Source: Squalus acanthias
Lineage: Eukaryota
Length of the DNA stretch: 64,000 bases
Direction of reading: 5' to 3'
NCBI GenBank assembly: GCA_030390025.1
Contig: JASTWF010000348.1
Coordinates: 186,001 to 250,000, forward strand
Shown: piece after piece, positions 25,901-37,900 of the stretch
How positions within the stretch are numbered: position 1 is the first letter of the stretch
How the letters are laid out: each line of letters begins with the position of its first letter
Translations under genes and position numbers: made by a program
Notes under the pieces: model-generated
The model's input: the letters and a program-made list of their open reading frames with translations, nothing else
What the model was told of the DNA's origin: nothing
The model's database searches: none

Positions 25901-28900
25901 GCTGAGGGAGGGGAGGAGTCGCACAGTGCTGCGGGAGGGGCGACTGAGGGAGGGGAGGAGTCCCACAGTGCTGAGGGAGGGGAGACTGAGGGAGGGGAGG
26001 AGTCCTACAGTGCTGAGGGAGGGGAGACTGAGGGAGGGGAGGAGTCCCACAGTGCTGAGGGAGGGGAGGAGTCGCACAGTGCTGAGGGAGGGGCGACTGA
26101 GGGAGGGGAGGAGTCCCACAGTGCTGAGGGAGGGGAGACTGAGGGAGGGGAGGAGTCTTACAGTGCTGAGGGAGGGGAGGAGTCCCACAGTGCTGAGGGA
26201 GGGGAGACAGAGGGAGGGGAGGAGTCCCAAGTGCTGAGGGAGGGGAGGAGTCCCACAGTGCTGAGTGAGGGGAGGCTGAGGGAGGGGAGGAGTCCCACAC
26301 TGCTGAGGGAGGTGAGACTGAGGGAGGGGAGGAGTCCCACGGTGCTGAGGGAGATAAGGAGTCCCACAGTGCTGAGGGAGGGGAGACTGAGGGAGGGGAG
26401 GAGTCCCACAGTGCTGAGGGAGGGGAGGAGTCCCACAGTGCTGCGGGAGGGGCGACTGAGGGAGGGGAGGAGTCCCACAGTGCTGAGGGAGGGGAGACTG
26501 AGGGAGGGGAGGAGTCCCACAGTGCTGAGGGAGGGGAGACTGAGGGAAGGGAGGAGTCCCACAGTGCTGAGGGAGGGGAGACTGAGGGAGGGGAGGAGTC
26601 CCACAGTGCTGAGGGAGGGGAGAAGTCCCACAGTGCTGAGGGAGGGGAGACTGAGGGAGGGGAGGAGACCCACAGTGCTGAGGGAGGGGAGACTGAGGGA
26701 GGGGAGGAGTCCCACGGTGCTGAGGGAGATGAGGAGTCCCACAGTGCTGAGGGAGGGGAGACTGAGGGAGGGGAGGAGTCCCACAGTGCTGAGGGAGGGG
26801 AGGAGTCGCACAGTGCTGCGGGAGGGGCGACTGAGGGAGGGGAGGAGTCCCACAGTGCTGAGGGAGGGGAGACTGAGGGAGGGGAGGAGTCCTACAGTGC
26901 TGAGGGAGGGGAGACTGAGGGAGGGGAGGAGTCCCACAGTGCTGAGGGAGGGGAGGAGTCGCACAGTGCTGAGGGAGGGGCGACTGAGGGAGGGGAGGAG
27001 TCCCACAGTGCTGAGGGAGGGGAGACTGAGGGAGGGGAGGAGTCCCACAGTGCTGAGGGAGGGGAGACTGAGGGAGGGGAGGAGTCCCACAGTGCTGAGG
27101 GAGGGGAGACTGAGGGAGGGGAGGAGTCTCACAGTGCTGAGGGAGGGGAGGAGTCCCACAGTGTTGAGGGAGGGGAGGAGTCCCACAGTGCGGAGGGAGG
27201 GGAGACTGAGGGAGGGCCGAGTCCCTCAGTGCTGAGGGAGGGTAGACTGAGGGAGGGGAGGAGCCCCACAGTGCTGAGGGAGGGGAGGCTGAGGGAGGGG
27301 AGGAGTCCCACAGTGCTGAGGGAGGGGAGACTGAGGGAGAGGAGGAGTCCCACTGTGCCGAGGGAGGGGAGACTGAGGGAGGGGGAGGAGTCCCACAGTG
27401 CTGAGGGAGGGGAGGAGTCCCACAGTGCTGAGGGAGGGGAGACTGAGGGAGGGCCGAGTCCCACAGAGCCGAGGGAGGGGAGACAGAGGGAGGGGAGGAG
27501 TCCCACAGTGCTGAGGGAGGGGAGGCTGAGGGAGGGGAGGAGTCCCACAGTGCTGATGGAGGGGAGACTGAGGGAGGGGAGGAGTCGCACAAAGCTGAGG
27601 GAGGGGAGTAGTCTCACAGTGCTGAGGGAGGGGAGGAGTCCCACAGTGCTTCGGGAGGCGAGGAGTCTCACAGTGCTGAGGGAGTGAGACTGAGATGGGG
27701 AGGAGTCTCACAGTGCTGAGGGAGGGCAGACTGAGGGAGGGGAGGAGTCCCACAGTGCTGAGGGAGGAGAGGAGTCCCACAGTGCTGAGGGAGGGGAGAC
27801 TGAGGGAGGGGAGGAGTCCCACATTGCTGAGGGAGGGGAGACTGAGGGAGGGGAGGTGTCCCACAGTTCTGAGGGAGGGGAGACTGAGGGAGGGGAGGAT
27901 TCCCACAGTGCTGAGGGAGGGGAGGAGTCCCACAGTGCTGATCGAGGGAAGGAGTCCAACAGTGATGAGGGAGGGGAGACTGAGGGCGGGGAGGAGTCCC
28001 ACAGTACTGAGTCGGGGGGACACTGAGGGAGGGGAGGAGTCCCACAGTGCTGAGGGAGGGGAGACTGAGGGAGGGGAGGAGTCGCACAGTGCTGAGGGAG
28101 GGGAGACTGAGGGAGGGGAGGAATCCCACAGTGCTGAGGGAGGGGAGGAGTCCCACAGTGCTGAGGGAGGGGAGGAGTCCCACAGTGCTGAGGGAGGGGG
28201 AGGAGTCCCACAGTGCTGAGGGTGGGGGGAAGTCCCACAGTGCTGAGGGAGGGGAGACTGACGGAGGGGGAGGAGTCCCACAGTGCTGAGGGAGGGAAGA
28301 CTGAGGGAGGGGAGGAGTCCCACAGTGCTGAGGGAGGGGAGACTGAGGAGGGGAGGAGTCCCACAGTGCTGACGGAGGGGAGGAGTCCCACAGTGCTGAG
28401 GGAGGCGAGACTGAGGGAGGGGAGGAGTCTCACATTGCTGAGGGAGGGGAGACTGAGGGAGGGGAGGAGTCCCACAGTGCTGAGGGAGGGGAGACTGAGA
28501 GAGAGGAGGAGTCCCACTGTGCTGAGGGAGGGGAGACTGAGGGAGGGGAGGAGTCCCACAGTGCTGAGCGAGGGGAGGCTGAGGGAGGGGAGGAATCCCA
28601 CAGTGCTGAGGGAGGTGAGACTGAGGGAGGGGAGGAGTCCCACAGTGCTGAGGGAGGGGAGACTGAGAGAGAGGAGGAGTCCCACAGTGCTGAGGGAGGG
28701 GAGACTGAGGGAGGGGAGGAGTCCCACAGTGCTGAGGGAGGGGAGACTGAGGGAGGGGAGGAGTCCCACAGTGCTGAGGGAGGGGAGGAGTCCCACAGTG
28801 CTGAGGGAGGGGAGGAGTCCCACAGTGCTGAGCGAGGGGAGGCTGAGGGAGGGGAGGAGTCCCACAGTGCTGACGGAGGGGAGGAGTCCCACAGTGCTGA

Positions 28901-31900
28901 GGGAGGCGAGACTGAGGGAGGGGAGGAGTCTCACATTGCTGAGGGAGGGGAGACTGAGGGAGGGGAGGAGTCCCACAGTTCTGAGGGAGGGGAGACTGAG
29001 GGAGGGGAGGATTCCCACAGTGCTGAGGGAGGGGAGGAGTCCCACAGTGCTGATCGAGGGAAGGAGTCCAACAGTGATGAGGGAGGGGAGACTGAGGGCG
29101 GGGAGGAGTCCCACAGTGCTGAGTCGGGGGGACACTGAGGGAGGGGAGGAGTCCCACAGTGCTGAGGGAGGGGAGACTGAGGGAGGGGAGGAGTCGCACA
29201 GTGCTGAGGGAGGGGAGACTGAGGGAGGGGAGGAATCCCACAGTGCTGAGGGAGGGGAGGAGTCCCACAGTGCTGAGGGAGGGGAGGAGTCCCACAGTGC
29301 TGAGGGAGGGGGAGGAGTCCCACAGTGCTGAGGGTGGGGGGAAGTCCCACAGTGCTGAGGGAGGGGAGACTGACGGAGGGGGAGGAGTCCCACAGTGCTG
29401 AGGGAGGGGAGACTGAGGAGGGGAGGAGTCCCACAGTGCTGAGGGAGGGGAGACTGAGGGAGGGGAGGAGTCCCACAGTGCTGAGGGAGGGGAGACTGAG
29501 AGAGAGGAGGAGTCCCACAGTGCTGAGGGAGGGGAGACTGAGGGAGGGGAGGAGTCCCACAGTGCTGAGGGAGGGGAGACTGAGGGAGGGGAGGAGTCCC
29601 ACAGTGCTGAGGGAGGGGAGGAGTCCCACAGTGCTGAGGGAGGGGAGGAGTCCCACAGTGCTGAGCGAGGGGAGGCTGAGGGAGGGGAGGAGTCCCACAG
29701 TGCTGACGGAGGGGAGGAGTCCCACAGTGCTGAGGGAGGCGAGACTGAGGGAGGGGAGGAGTCTCACATTGCTGAGGGAGGGGAGACTGAGGGAGGGGAG
29801 GAGTCCCACAGTGCTGAGGGAGGGGAGACTGAGAGAGAGGAGGAGTCCCACTGTGCTGAGGGAGGGGAGACTGAGGGAGGGGAGGAGTCCCACAGTGCTG
29901 AGCGAGGGGAGGCTGAGGGAGGGGAGGAATCCCACAGTGCTGAGGGAGGTGAGACTGAGGGAGGGGAGGAGTCCCACAGTGCTGAGGGAGGGGAGACTGA
30001 GAGAGAGGAGGAGTCCCACAGTGCTGAGGGAGGGGAGACTGAGGGAGGGGAGGAGTCCCACAGTGCTGAGGGAGGGGAGACTGAGGGAGGGGAGGAGTCC
30101 CACAGTGCTGAGGGAGGGGAGGAGTCCCACAGTGCTGAGGGAGGGGAGGAGTCCCACAGTGCTGAGCGAGGGGAGGCTGAGGGAGGGGAGGAGTCCCACA
30201 GTGCTGACGGAGGGGAGGAGTCCCACAGTGCTGAGGGAGGCGAGACTGAGGGAGGGGAGGAGTCTCACATTGCTGAGGGAGGGGAGACTGAGGGAGGGGA
30301 GGAGTCCCACAGTGCTGAGGGAGGGGAGACTGAGAGAGAGGAGGAGTCCCACTGTGCTGAGGGAGGGGAGACTGAGGGAGGGGAGGAGTCCCACAGTGCT
30401 GAGCGAGGGGAGGCTGAGGGAGGGGAGGAATCCCACAGTGCTGACGGAGGGGAGGAGTCCCACAGTGTTGAGGGAGACGAGACTGAGGGAGGGGAGGATT
30501 CCCACAGTGCTGAGGGAGGGTAGACTGAGGGAGGGGAGGAGTCCCACAGTGCTGAGGGAGGGGAAGAGTTCCACAGTGCTGAGGGAGGGGAGGCTGAGTG
30601 AGGGGAGAAGTCCCACAGTGCTGAGGGAGGGGAGGAGTCCCACAGTGCTGAGGGAGGGGAGGCTGAGGGAGGGGAGGAGTCCCACAGTGCTGAGGGAGGG
30701 GAGACTGAGGGAGGGGAGGAGTCCCACAGTGCTGAGGGAGGGGAGACTGAGGGAGGGGAGGAGTCCCACTGTGCTGAGGGAGGGGAGACTGAGGGAGGGG
30801 AGGAGTCGCACAGTGCTGAGGGAGGGGAGACTGATGGAGTGGAGGAATCCCACAGTGCTGAGGGAGGGGAGGTTGAGGGAGAGGAGGACTCCCACAGTGC
30901 TGAGGGAGGGGAGACTGAGGGAGGGGAGGAGTCCCACAGTGCTGAGGGAGGGGAGACTGAGGGAGGGGAGGAGTCCCACGGTGCTGAGGGAGGGGAGACT
31001 TTGGGAGGGGAGGAGTCCCACGGTGCTGAGGGAGGGGAGACTGAGGGAGGGGAGGAGTCCCACAGTGCTGAGGGAGGGGAGACTGAGGGAGGGGAGGAGT
31101 CCCACAGTGCTGAGGGAGGAGAGGCTGTGGGAGGGGAGGAGTCCCACAGTGCTGAGGGAGGGGAGACCGAGGGAGGGGAGGAGTCCCACAGTGCTGAGGG
31201 AGGGGAGACTGAGGGAGGGGAGGAGTCCCACAGTGCTGAGGGAGGGGAGACTGAGGGAGGGGAGGAGTCCCACAGTGCTGAGGGAGGGGAGGAGTCGCAC
31301 AGTGCTGAGGGAGGGGAGACTGAGGGAGGGGAGGAGACCCACAGTGCTGAGGGAGGGGAGACTGAGGGAGGGGAGGAGTCCCACGGTGCTGAGGGAGATG
31401 AGGAGTCCCACAGTGCTGAGGGAGGGGAGACTGAGGGAGGGGAGGAGTCCCACAGTGCTGAGGGAGGGGAGGAGTCCCACAGTGCTGAGGGAGGGGAGAC
31501 TGAGGGAGGGGAGGAGTCCCACAGTGCTGAGGGAGGGGAGGAGTCCCACAGTGCTGAGGGAGGGGAGACTGAGGGAGTGGAGGAGTCCCACAGTGCTGAG
31601 GGAGGGGAGGAGTCCCACAGCGCTGAGGGAGGGGTGGAGACCCAGAGTGCTGAGGGAGGGGAGACTGAGGGAGGGGAGGAGTCTCACACAGCTGAGGGAG
31701 GGGAGACTGAGGGAGGGGAGGAGTCCCACAGTGATGAGGGAGGGGAGAATGAGGGAGGGGAGGAGTCCCACAGTGATGAGGGAGGGGAGGAGTCCCACAG
31801 TGCTGAGGGAGGGGAGACTGAGGGAGGGGAGGAGTCCCACAGTGCTGAGGGAGGGGAGACTGAGGGAGGGGAGGAGTCCCACAGTGCTGAGGGAGGGGAG

Positions 31901-34900
31901 GAGTCCCACAGTGCTGAGGGAGGGGTGGAGTCCCACAGTGCTGAGGGAGGGGAGGAGTCCCACAGTGCTGAGGGAGGGGAGACTGAGGGAGGGGAGGAGT
32001 CCCACAGTGCTGAGGGAGGGGAGACTGAGGGAGGGGAGGAGTCCCACAGTGCTGAGGGAGGGGGTGGAGTCCCACAGTGATGAGGGTGGGGAGAAGTCCC
32101 ACAGTGCTGAGGGAGGGGAGACTGAGGGAGGGGGAGGAGTCCCACAGTGCTGAGGGATGGGAGGCTGAGGGAGGGGAGGAGTCCCACAGTGCTGAGGGAG
32201 GGGAGGCTGAGGGAGGGGAGGAGTCCCACAGTGCTGAGGGAGGGGAGGCAGAGGGAGGGGAGGAGTCCCACAGTGCTGAGGGAGGGGAGGCTGAGGGAGG
32301 GGAGGAGTCCCACAGCGCTGAGTGAGGGGAGACTGAGGGATGGGAGGAGTCCCACAGTGCTGAGGGAGGGGAGACTGAGGGAGGGGAGGAGTCCCACAGT
32401 GCTGAGGGAGGGGAGGAGTCCCACAGTGCTGAGAGAGGGGAGACTGAGGGAGGGGAGGAGTCCCACAGTTCTGAGGGAGGTTAGAGTGAGGGAGGTGAGG
32501 AGTCCCACAGTGCTGAGGGAGGGGAGGAGTCCCACTGTGCTGAGAGAGGGGAGACTGAGGGAGGGGAGGAGTCCCACAGTGCTGAGGGAGGGGAGGAGTC
32601 CCACAGTGCTGAGGGAGGGGAGGAGTCCCACAGTGCTGAGGGAGGGGAGGAGTCCCACAGTGCTGAGGGAGGGGAGACTGAGGGAGGGGAGGAGTCCCAC
32701 AGTGCTGAGGGAGGGGAGACTGAGGGAGGGGAGGAGTCCCACAGTGCTGAGGGAGAGGTGTCTGAGGGAGGGGAGGAGTCCCACAATGCTGAGGGAGGGG
32801 AGACTGAGGGAGTGGAGGAGTCCCACAGTGCTGAGGGACGGGAGACTGAGGGAGGGGAGGAGTCCCAAACTGCTGAGGGAGGGGTGGAGTCTCACAATGC
32901 TGAGGGAGGGGAGACTGAGGGAGGGGGAGGAGTCCCACAGCGCTGAGGGAGGGGAGGAGTCCCACAGTGCTGAGGGAGGGGAGACTGAGGGAGGGGAGGA
33001 GTCTCACAGTGCTGAGGGAGGGGAGACTGAGGGAGGGGAGGAGTCCCACAGTGCTGAGGGAGGGGAGGAGTCCCACAGTGCTGAGGGAGGGGAGACTGAG
33101 GGAGGGGAGGAGTCTCACAGTGCTGAGGGAGGGGAGACTGAGGGAGGGGAGGAGTCCCACAGTGCTGAGGGAGGGGAGACTGAGGGAGGGGAGGAGTCCC
33201 ACAGTGCTGAGGGAGGGGAGACAGAGGGAGGGGAGGAGTCCCACAGTGAGAGGGAGGGAGAGCTCAGGAGGGGGAGGAGAAGTCTGAGGGAGGGGAGGAT
33301 TCCCACAGTGCTGAGCTGAGGGAGGAGGAGTCCCACATGCTGAGGGAGGGGCAGACATGAGGGAGGGAGAGGGGAGGAGTCCCACAGTGCTGAGCGAGGG
33401 GAGGCTGAGGGAGGGGAGGAATCCCACAGTGCTGAGGGAGGTGAGACTGAGGGAGGGGAGGAGTCCCACAGTGCTGAGGGAGGGGAGACTGAGAGAGAGG
33501 AGGAGTCCCACAGTGCTGAGGGAGGGGAGACTGAGGGAGGGGAGGAGTCCCACAGTGCTGAGGGAGGGGAGACTGAGGGAGGGGAGGAGTCCCACAGTGC
33601 TGAGGGAGGGGAGGAGTCCCACAGTGCTGAGGGAGGGGAGGAGTCCCACAGTGCTGAGCGAGGGGAGGCTGAGGGAGGGGAGGAGTCCCACAGTGCTGAC
33701 GGAGGGGAGGAGTCCCACAGTGCTGAGGGAGGCGAGACTGAGGGAGGGGAGGAGTCTCACATTGCTGAGGGAGGGGAGACTGAGGGAGGGGAGGAGTCCC
33801 ACAGTGCTGAGGGAGGGGAGACTGAGAGAGAGGAGGAGTCCCACTGTGCTGAGGGAGGGGAGACTGAGGGAGGGGAGGAGTCCCACAGTGCTGAGCGAGG
33901 GGAGGCTGAGGGAGGGGAGGAATCCCACAGTGCTGACGGAGGGGAGGAGTCCCACAGTGTTGAGGGAGACGAGACTGAGGGAGGGGAGGATTCCCACAGT
34001 GCTGAGGGAGGGTAGACTGAGGGAGGGGAGGAGTCCCACAGTGCTGAGGGAGGGGAAGAGTTCCACAGTGCTGAGGGAGGGGAGGCTGAGTGAGGGGAGA
34101 AGTCCCACAGTGCTGAGGGAGGGGAGGAGTCCCACAGTGCTGAGGGAGGGGAGGCTGAGGGAGGGGAGGAGTCCCACAGTGCTGAGGGAGGGGAGACTGA
34201 GGGAGGGGAGGAGTCCCACAGTGCTGAGGGAGGGGAGACTGAGGGAGGGGAGGAGTCCCACTGTGCTGAGGGAGGGGAGACTGAGGGAGGGGAGGAGTCG
34301 CACAGTGCTGAGGGAGGGGAGACTGAGGGAGTGGAGGAATCCCACAGTGCTGAGGGAGGGGAGGTTGAGGGAGAGGAGGACTCCCACAGTGCTGAGGGAG
34401 GGGAGACTGAGGGAGGGGAGGAGTCCCACAGTGCTGAGGGAGGGGAGACTGAGGGAGGGGAGGAGTCCCACGGTGCTGAGGGAGGGGAGACTTTGGGAGG
34501 GGAGGAGTCCCACGGTGCTGAGGGAGGGGAGACTGAGGGAGGGGAGGAGTCCCACAGTGCTGAGGGAGGGGAGACTGAGGGAGGGGAGGAGTCCCACAGT
34601 GCTGAGGGAGGAGAGGCTGTGGGAGGGGAGGAGTCCCACAGTGCTGAGGGAGGGGAGACCGAGGGAGGGGAGGAGTCCCACAGTGCTGAGGGAGGGGAGA
34701 CTGAGGGAGGGGAGGAGTCCCACAGTGCTGAGGGAGGGGAGACTGAGGGAGGGGAGGAGTCCCACAGTGCTGAGGGAGGGGAGGAGTCGCACAGTGCTGA
34801 GGGAGAGGAGGAGTCCCACAGTGCTGAGGGAGGGGAGACTGAGGGAGGGGAGGAGTCCCACAGTGCTGAGGGAGGGGAGGAGTCCCACAGCGCTGAGGGA

Positions 34901-37900
34901 GGGGTGGAGACCCAGAGTGCTGAGGGAGGGGAGACTGAGGGAGGGGAGGAGTCTCACACAGCTGAGGGAGGGGAGACTGAGGGAGGGGAGGAGTCCCACA
35001 GTGATGAGGGAGGGGAGAATGAGGGAGGGGAGGAGTCCCACAGTGCTGAGGGAGGGGAGACTGAGGGAGGGGAGGAGACCCACAGTGCTGAGGGAGGGGA
35101 GACTGAGGGAGGGGAGGAGTCCCACGGTGCTGAGGGAGATGAGGAGTCCCACAGTGCTGAGGGAGGGGAGACTGAGGGAGGGGAGGAGTCCCACAGTGCT
35201 GAGGGAGGGGAGGAGTCCCACAGTGCTGAAGGAGGGGAGACTGAGGGAGGGGAGGAGTCCCACAGTGCTGAGGGAGGGGAGGAGTCCCACAGTGCTGAGG
35301 GAGGGGAGACTGAGGGAGTGGAGGAGTCCCACAGTGCTGAGGGAGGGGAGGAGTCCCACAGCGCTGAGGGAGGGGTGGAGACCCAGAGTGCTGAGGGAGG
35401 GGAGACTGAGGGAGGGGAGGAGTCTCACACAGCTGAGGGAGGGGAGACTGAGGGAGGGGAGGAGTCCCACAGTGATGAGGGAGGGGAGAATGAGGGAGGG
35501 GAGGAGTCCCACAGTGATGAGGGAGGGGAGGAGTCCCACAGTGCTGAGGGAGGGGAGACTGAGGGAGGGGAGGAGTCCCACAGTGCTGAGGGAGGGGAGA
35601 CTGAGGGAGGGGAGGAGTCCCACAGTGCTGAGGGAGGGGAGGAGTCCCACAGTGCTGAGGGAGGGGTGGAGTCCCACAGTGCTGAGGGGGGGGAGAATGA
35701 GGGAGGGGAGGATCCCACAGTGATGAGGGAGGGGAGGAGTCCCACTTTGCTGAGGGAGTGGAGACTGAGGGAGGGGAGGAGTCCCACAGTGCTGAGGGAG
35801 TGGAGGAGTCCCACAGTGCTGAGGGAGTAGAGACTGAGGGAGGGGAGGAGTCCCACAGTGCTGAGGGAGGGGAGACTGAGGGAGGGGAGGAGTCCCACAG
35901 TGCTGAGGGAGGGGAGACTGAGGGAGGGGAGGAGTCCCACAGTGCTGAGGGAGGGGGTGGAGTCCCACAGTGATGAGGGTGGGGAGAAGTCCCACAGTGC
36001 TGAGGGAGGGAGACTGAGGGAGGGGGAGGAGTCCCACAGTGCTGAGGGATGGGAGGCTGAGGGAGGGGAGGAGTCCCACAGTGCTGAGGGAGGGGAGGCT
36101 GAGGGAGGGGAGGAGTCCCACAGTGCTGAGGGAGGGGAGGCAGAGGGAGGGGAGGAGTCCCACAGTGCTGAGGGAGGGGAGGCTGAGGGAGGGGAGGAGT
36201 CCCACAGCGCTGAGTGAGGGGAGACTGAGGGATGGGAGGAGTCCCACAGTGCTGAGGGAGGGGAGACTGAGGGAGGGGAGGAGTCCCACAGTGCTGAGGG
36301 AGGGGAGGAGTCCCACAGTGCTGAGAGAGGGGAGACTGAGGGAGGGGAGGAGTCCCACAGTTCTGAGGGAGGTTAGAGTGAGGGAGGTGAGGAGTCCCAC
36401 AGTGCTGAGGGAGGGGAGGAGTCCCACTGTGCTGAGAGAGGGGAGACTGAGGGAGGGGAGGAGTCCCACAGTGCTGAGGGAGGGGAGGAGTCCCACAGTG
36501 CTGAGGGAGGGGAGGAGTCCCACAGTGCTGAGGGAGGGGAGGAGTCCCACAGTGCTGAGGGAGGGGAGACTGAGGGAGGGGAGGAGTCCCACAGTGCTGA
36601 GGGAGGGGAGACTGAGGGAGGGGAGGAGTCCCACAGTGCTGAGGGAGAGGTGTCTGAGGGAGGGGAGGAGTCCCACAATGCTGAGGGAGGGGAGACTGAG
36701 GGAGTGGAGGAGTCCCACAGTGCTGAGGGACGGGAGACTGAGGGAGGGGAGGAGTCCCACAGTGCTGAGGGACGGGAGACTGAGGGAGGGGAGGAGTCCC
36801 AAACTGCTGAGGGAGGGGTGGAGTCTCACAATGCTGAGGGAGGGGAGACTGAGGGAGGGGGAGGAGTCCCACAGCGCTGAGGGAGGGGAGGAGTCCCACA
36901 GTGCTGAGGGAGGGGAGACTGAGGGAGGGGAGGAGTCTCACAGTGCTGAGGGAGGGGAGACTGAGGGAGGGGAGGAGTCCCACAGTGCTGAGGGAGGGGA
37001 GGAGTCCCACAGTGCTGAGGGAGGGGAGACTGAGGGAGGGGAGGAGTCTCACAGTGCTGAGGGAGGGGAGACTGAGGGAGGGGAGGAGTCTCACAGTGCT
37101 GAGGGAGGGGAGACTGAGGGAGGGGAGGAGTCCCACAGTGCTGAGGGAGGGGAGGCTGAGGGAGGGGAGGATTCATAAGAACATAAGAAATAGTAGCAGG
37201 AGTAGGCCAATCGGCCCCTCGAGCCTGCTCCGCCATTCAATAAGATCATGGCTGATCTGATCCTAACCGCCAATCTACTATCTACTACCACAGAACCATC
37301 TCCTGCATCTAACAGAATTGCACACACGAAATAGGAGCAGAATCAGGCTACACGGTCCCTGGGCCCGCTCCACGACCCACAGGGCCATAACCGATCCGAA
37401 CCTAGACTCACGTCCAAATTCCTGCCCGCTCCCCGTAACCCTTAATGCCCTTTACTTCGAGGAAACTGTCTATTTCGGTTTTTAATTTATTTAATGATGT
37501 AGCTTCTACAGCTTTTTGTGGCACAGTGCTGAGGGAGGGGAGGAGTCCCACAGTGCTGAGGGAGTGGAGAGTGAGGGAGGGGAGGAGTTCCACATTGCTG
37601 AGGGAGGGGATGCTGAGGGAGGGGAGGATTCCCACAGTGCTGAGGGAGGGGAGACTGAGGGAGGGGAGGAGTCCCACAGTGCGGAGGGAGGGGAGGAGTC
37701 CCTCAGTGCGGAGGGAGGGGAGGAGTCCCACAGTGCTGAGGGAGGGGAGGAGTCCCACAGTGCTGAGGGAGGGGAGACTGAGGGAGGGGAGGAGTCCCAC
37801 AGTGCTGAGGGAGGGGAGGAGTCCCACAGTGCTGAGGGAGGGGAGGAGTCCCACAGTGCTGAGGGAGGTGAGACTGAGGGAGGGGAGGAGTCCCACAGTG

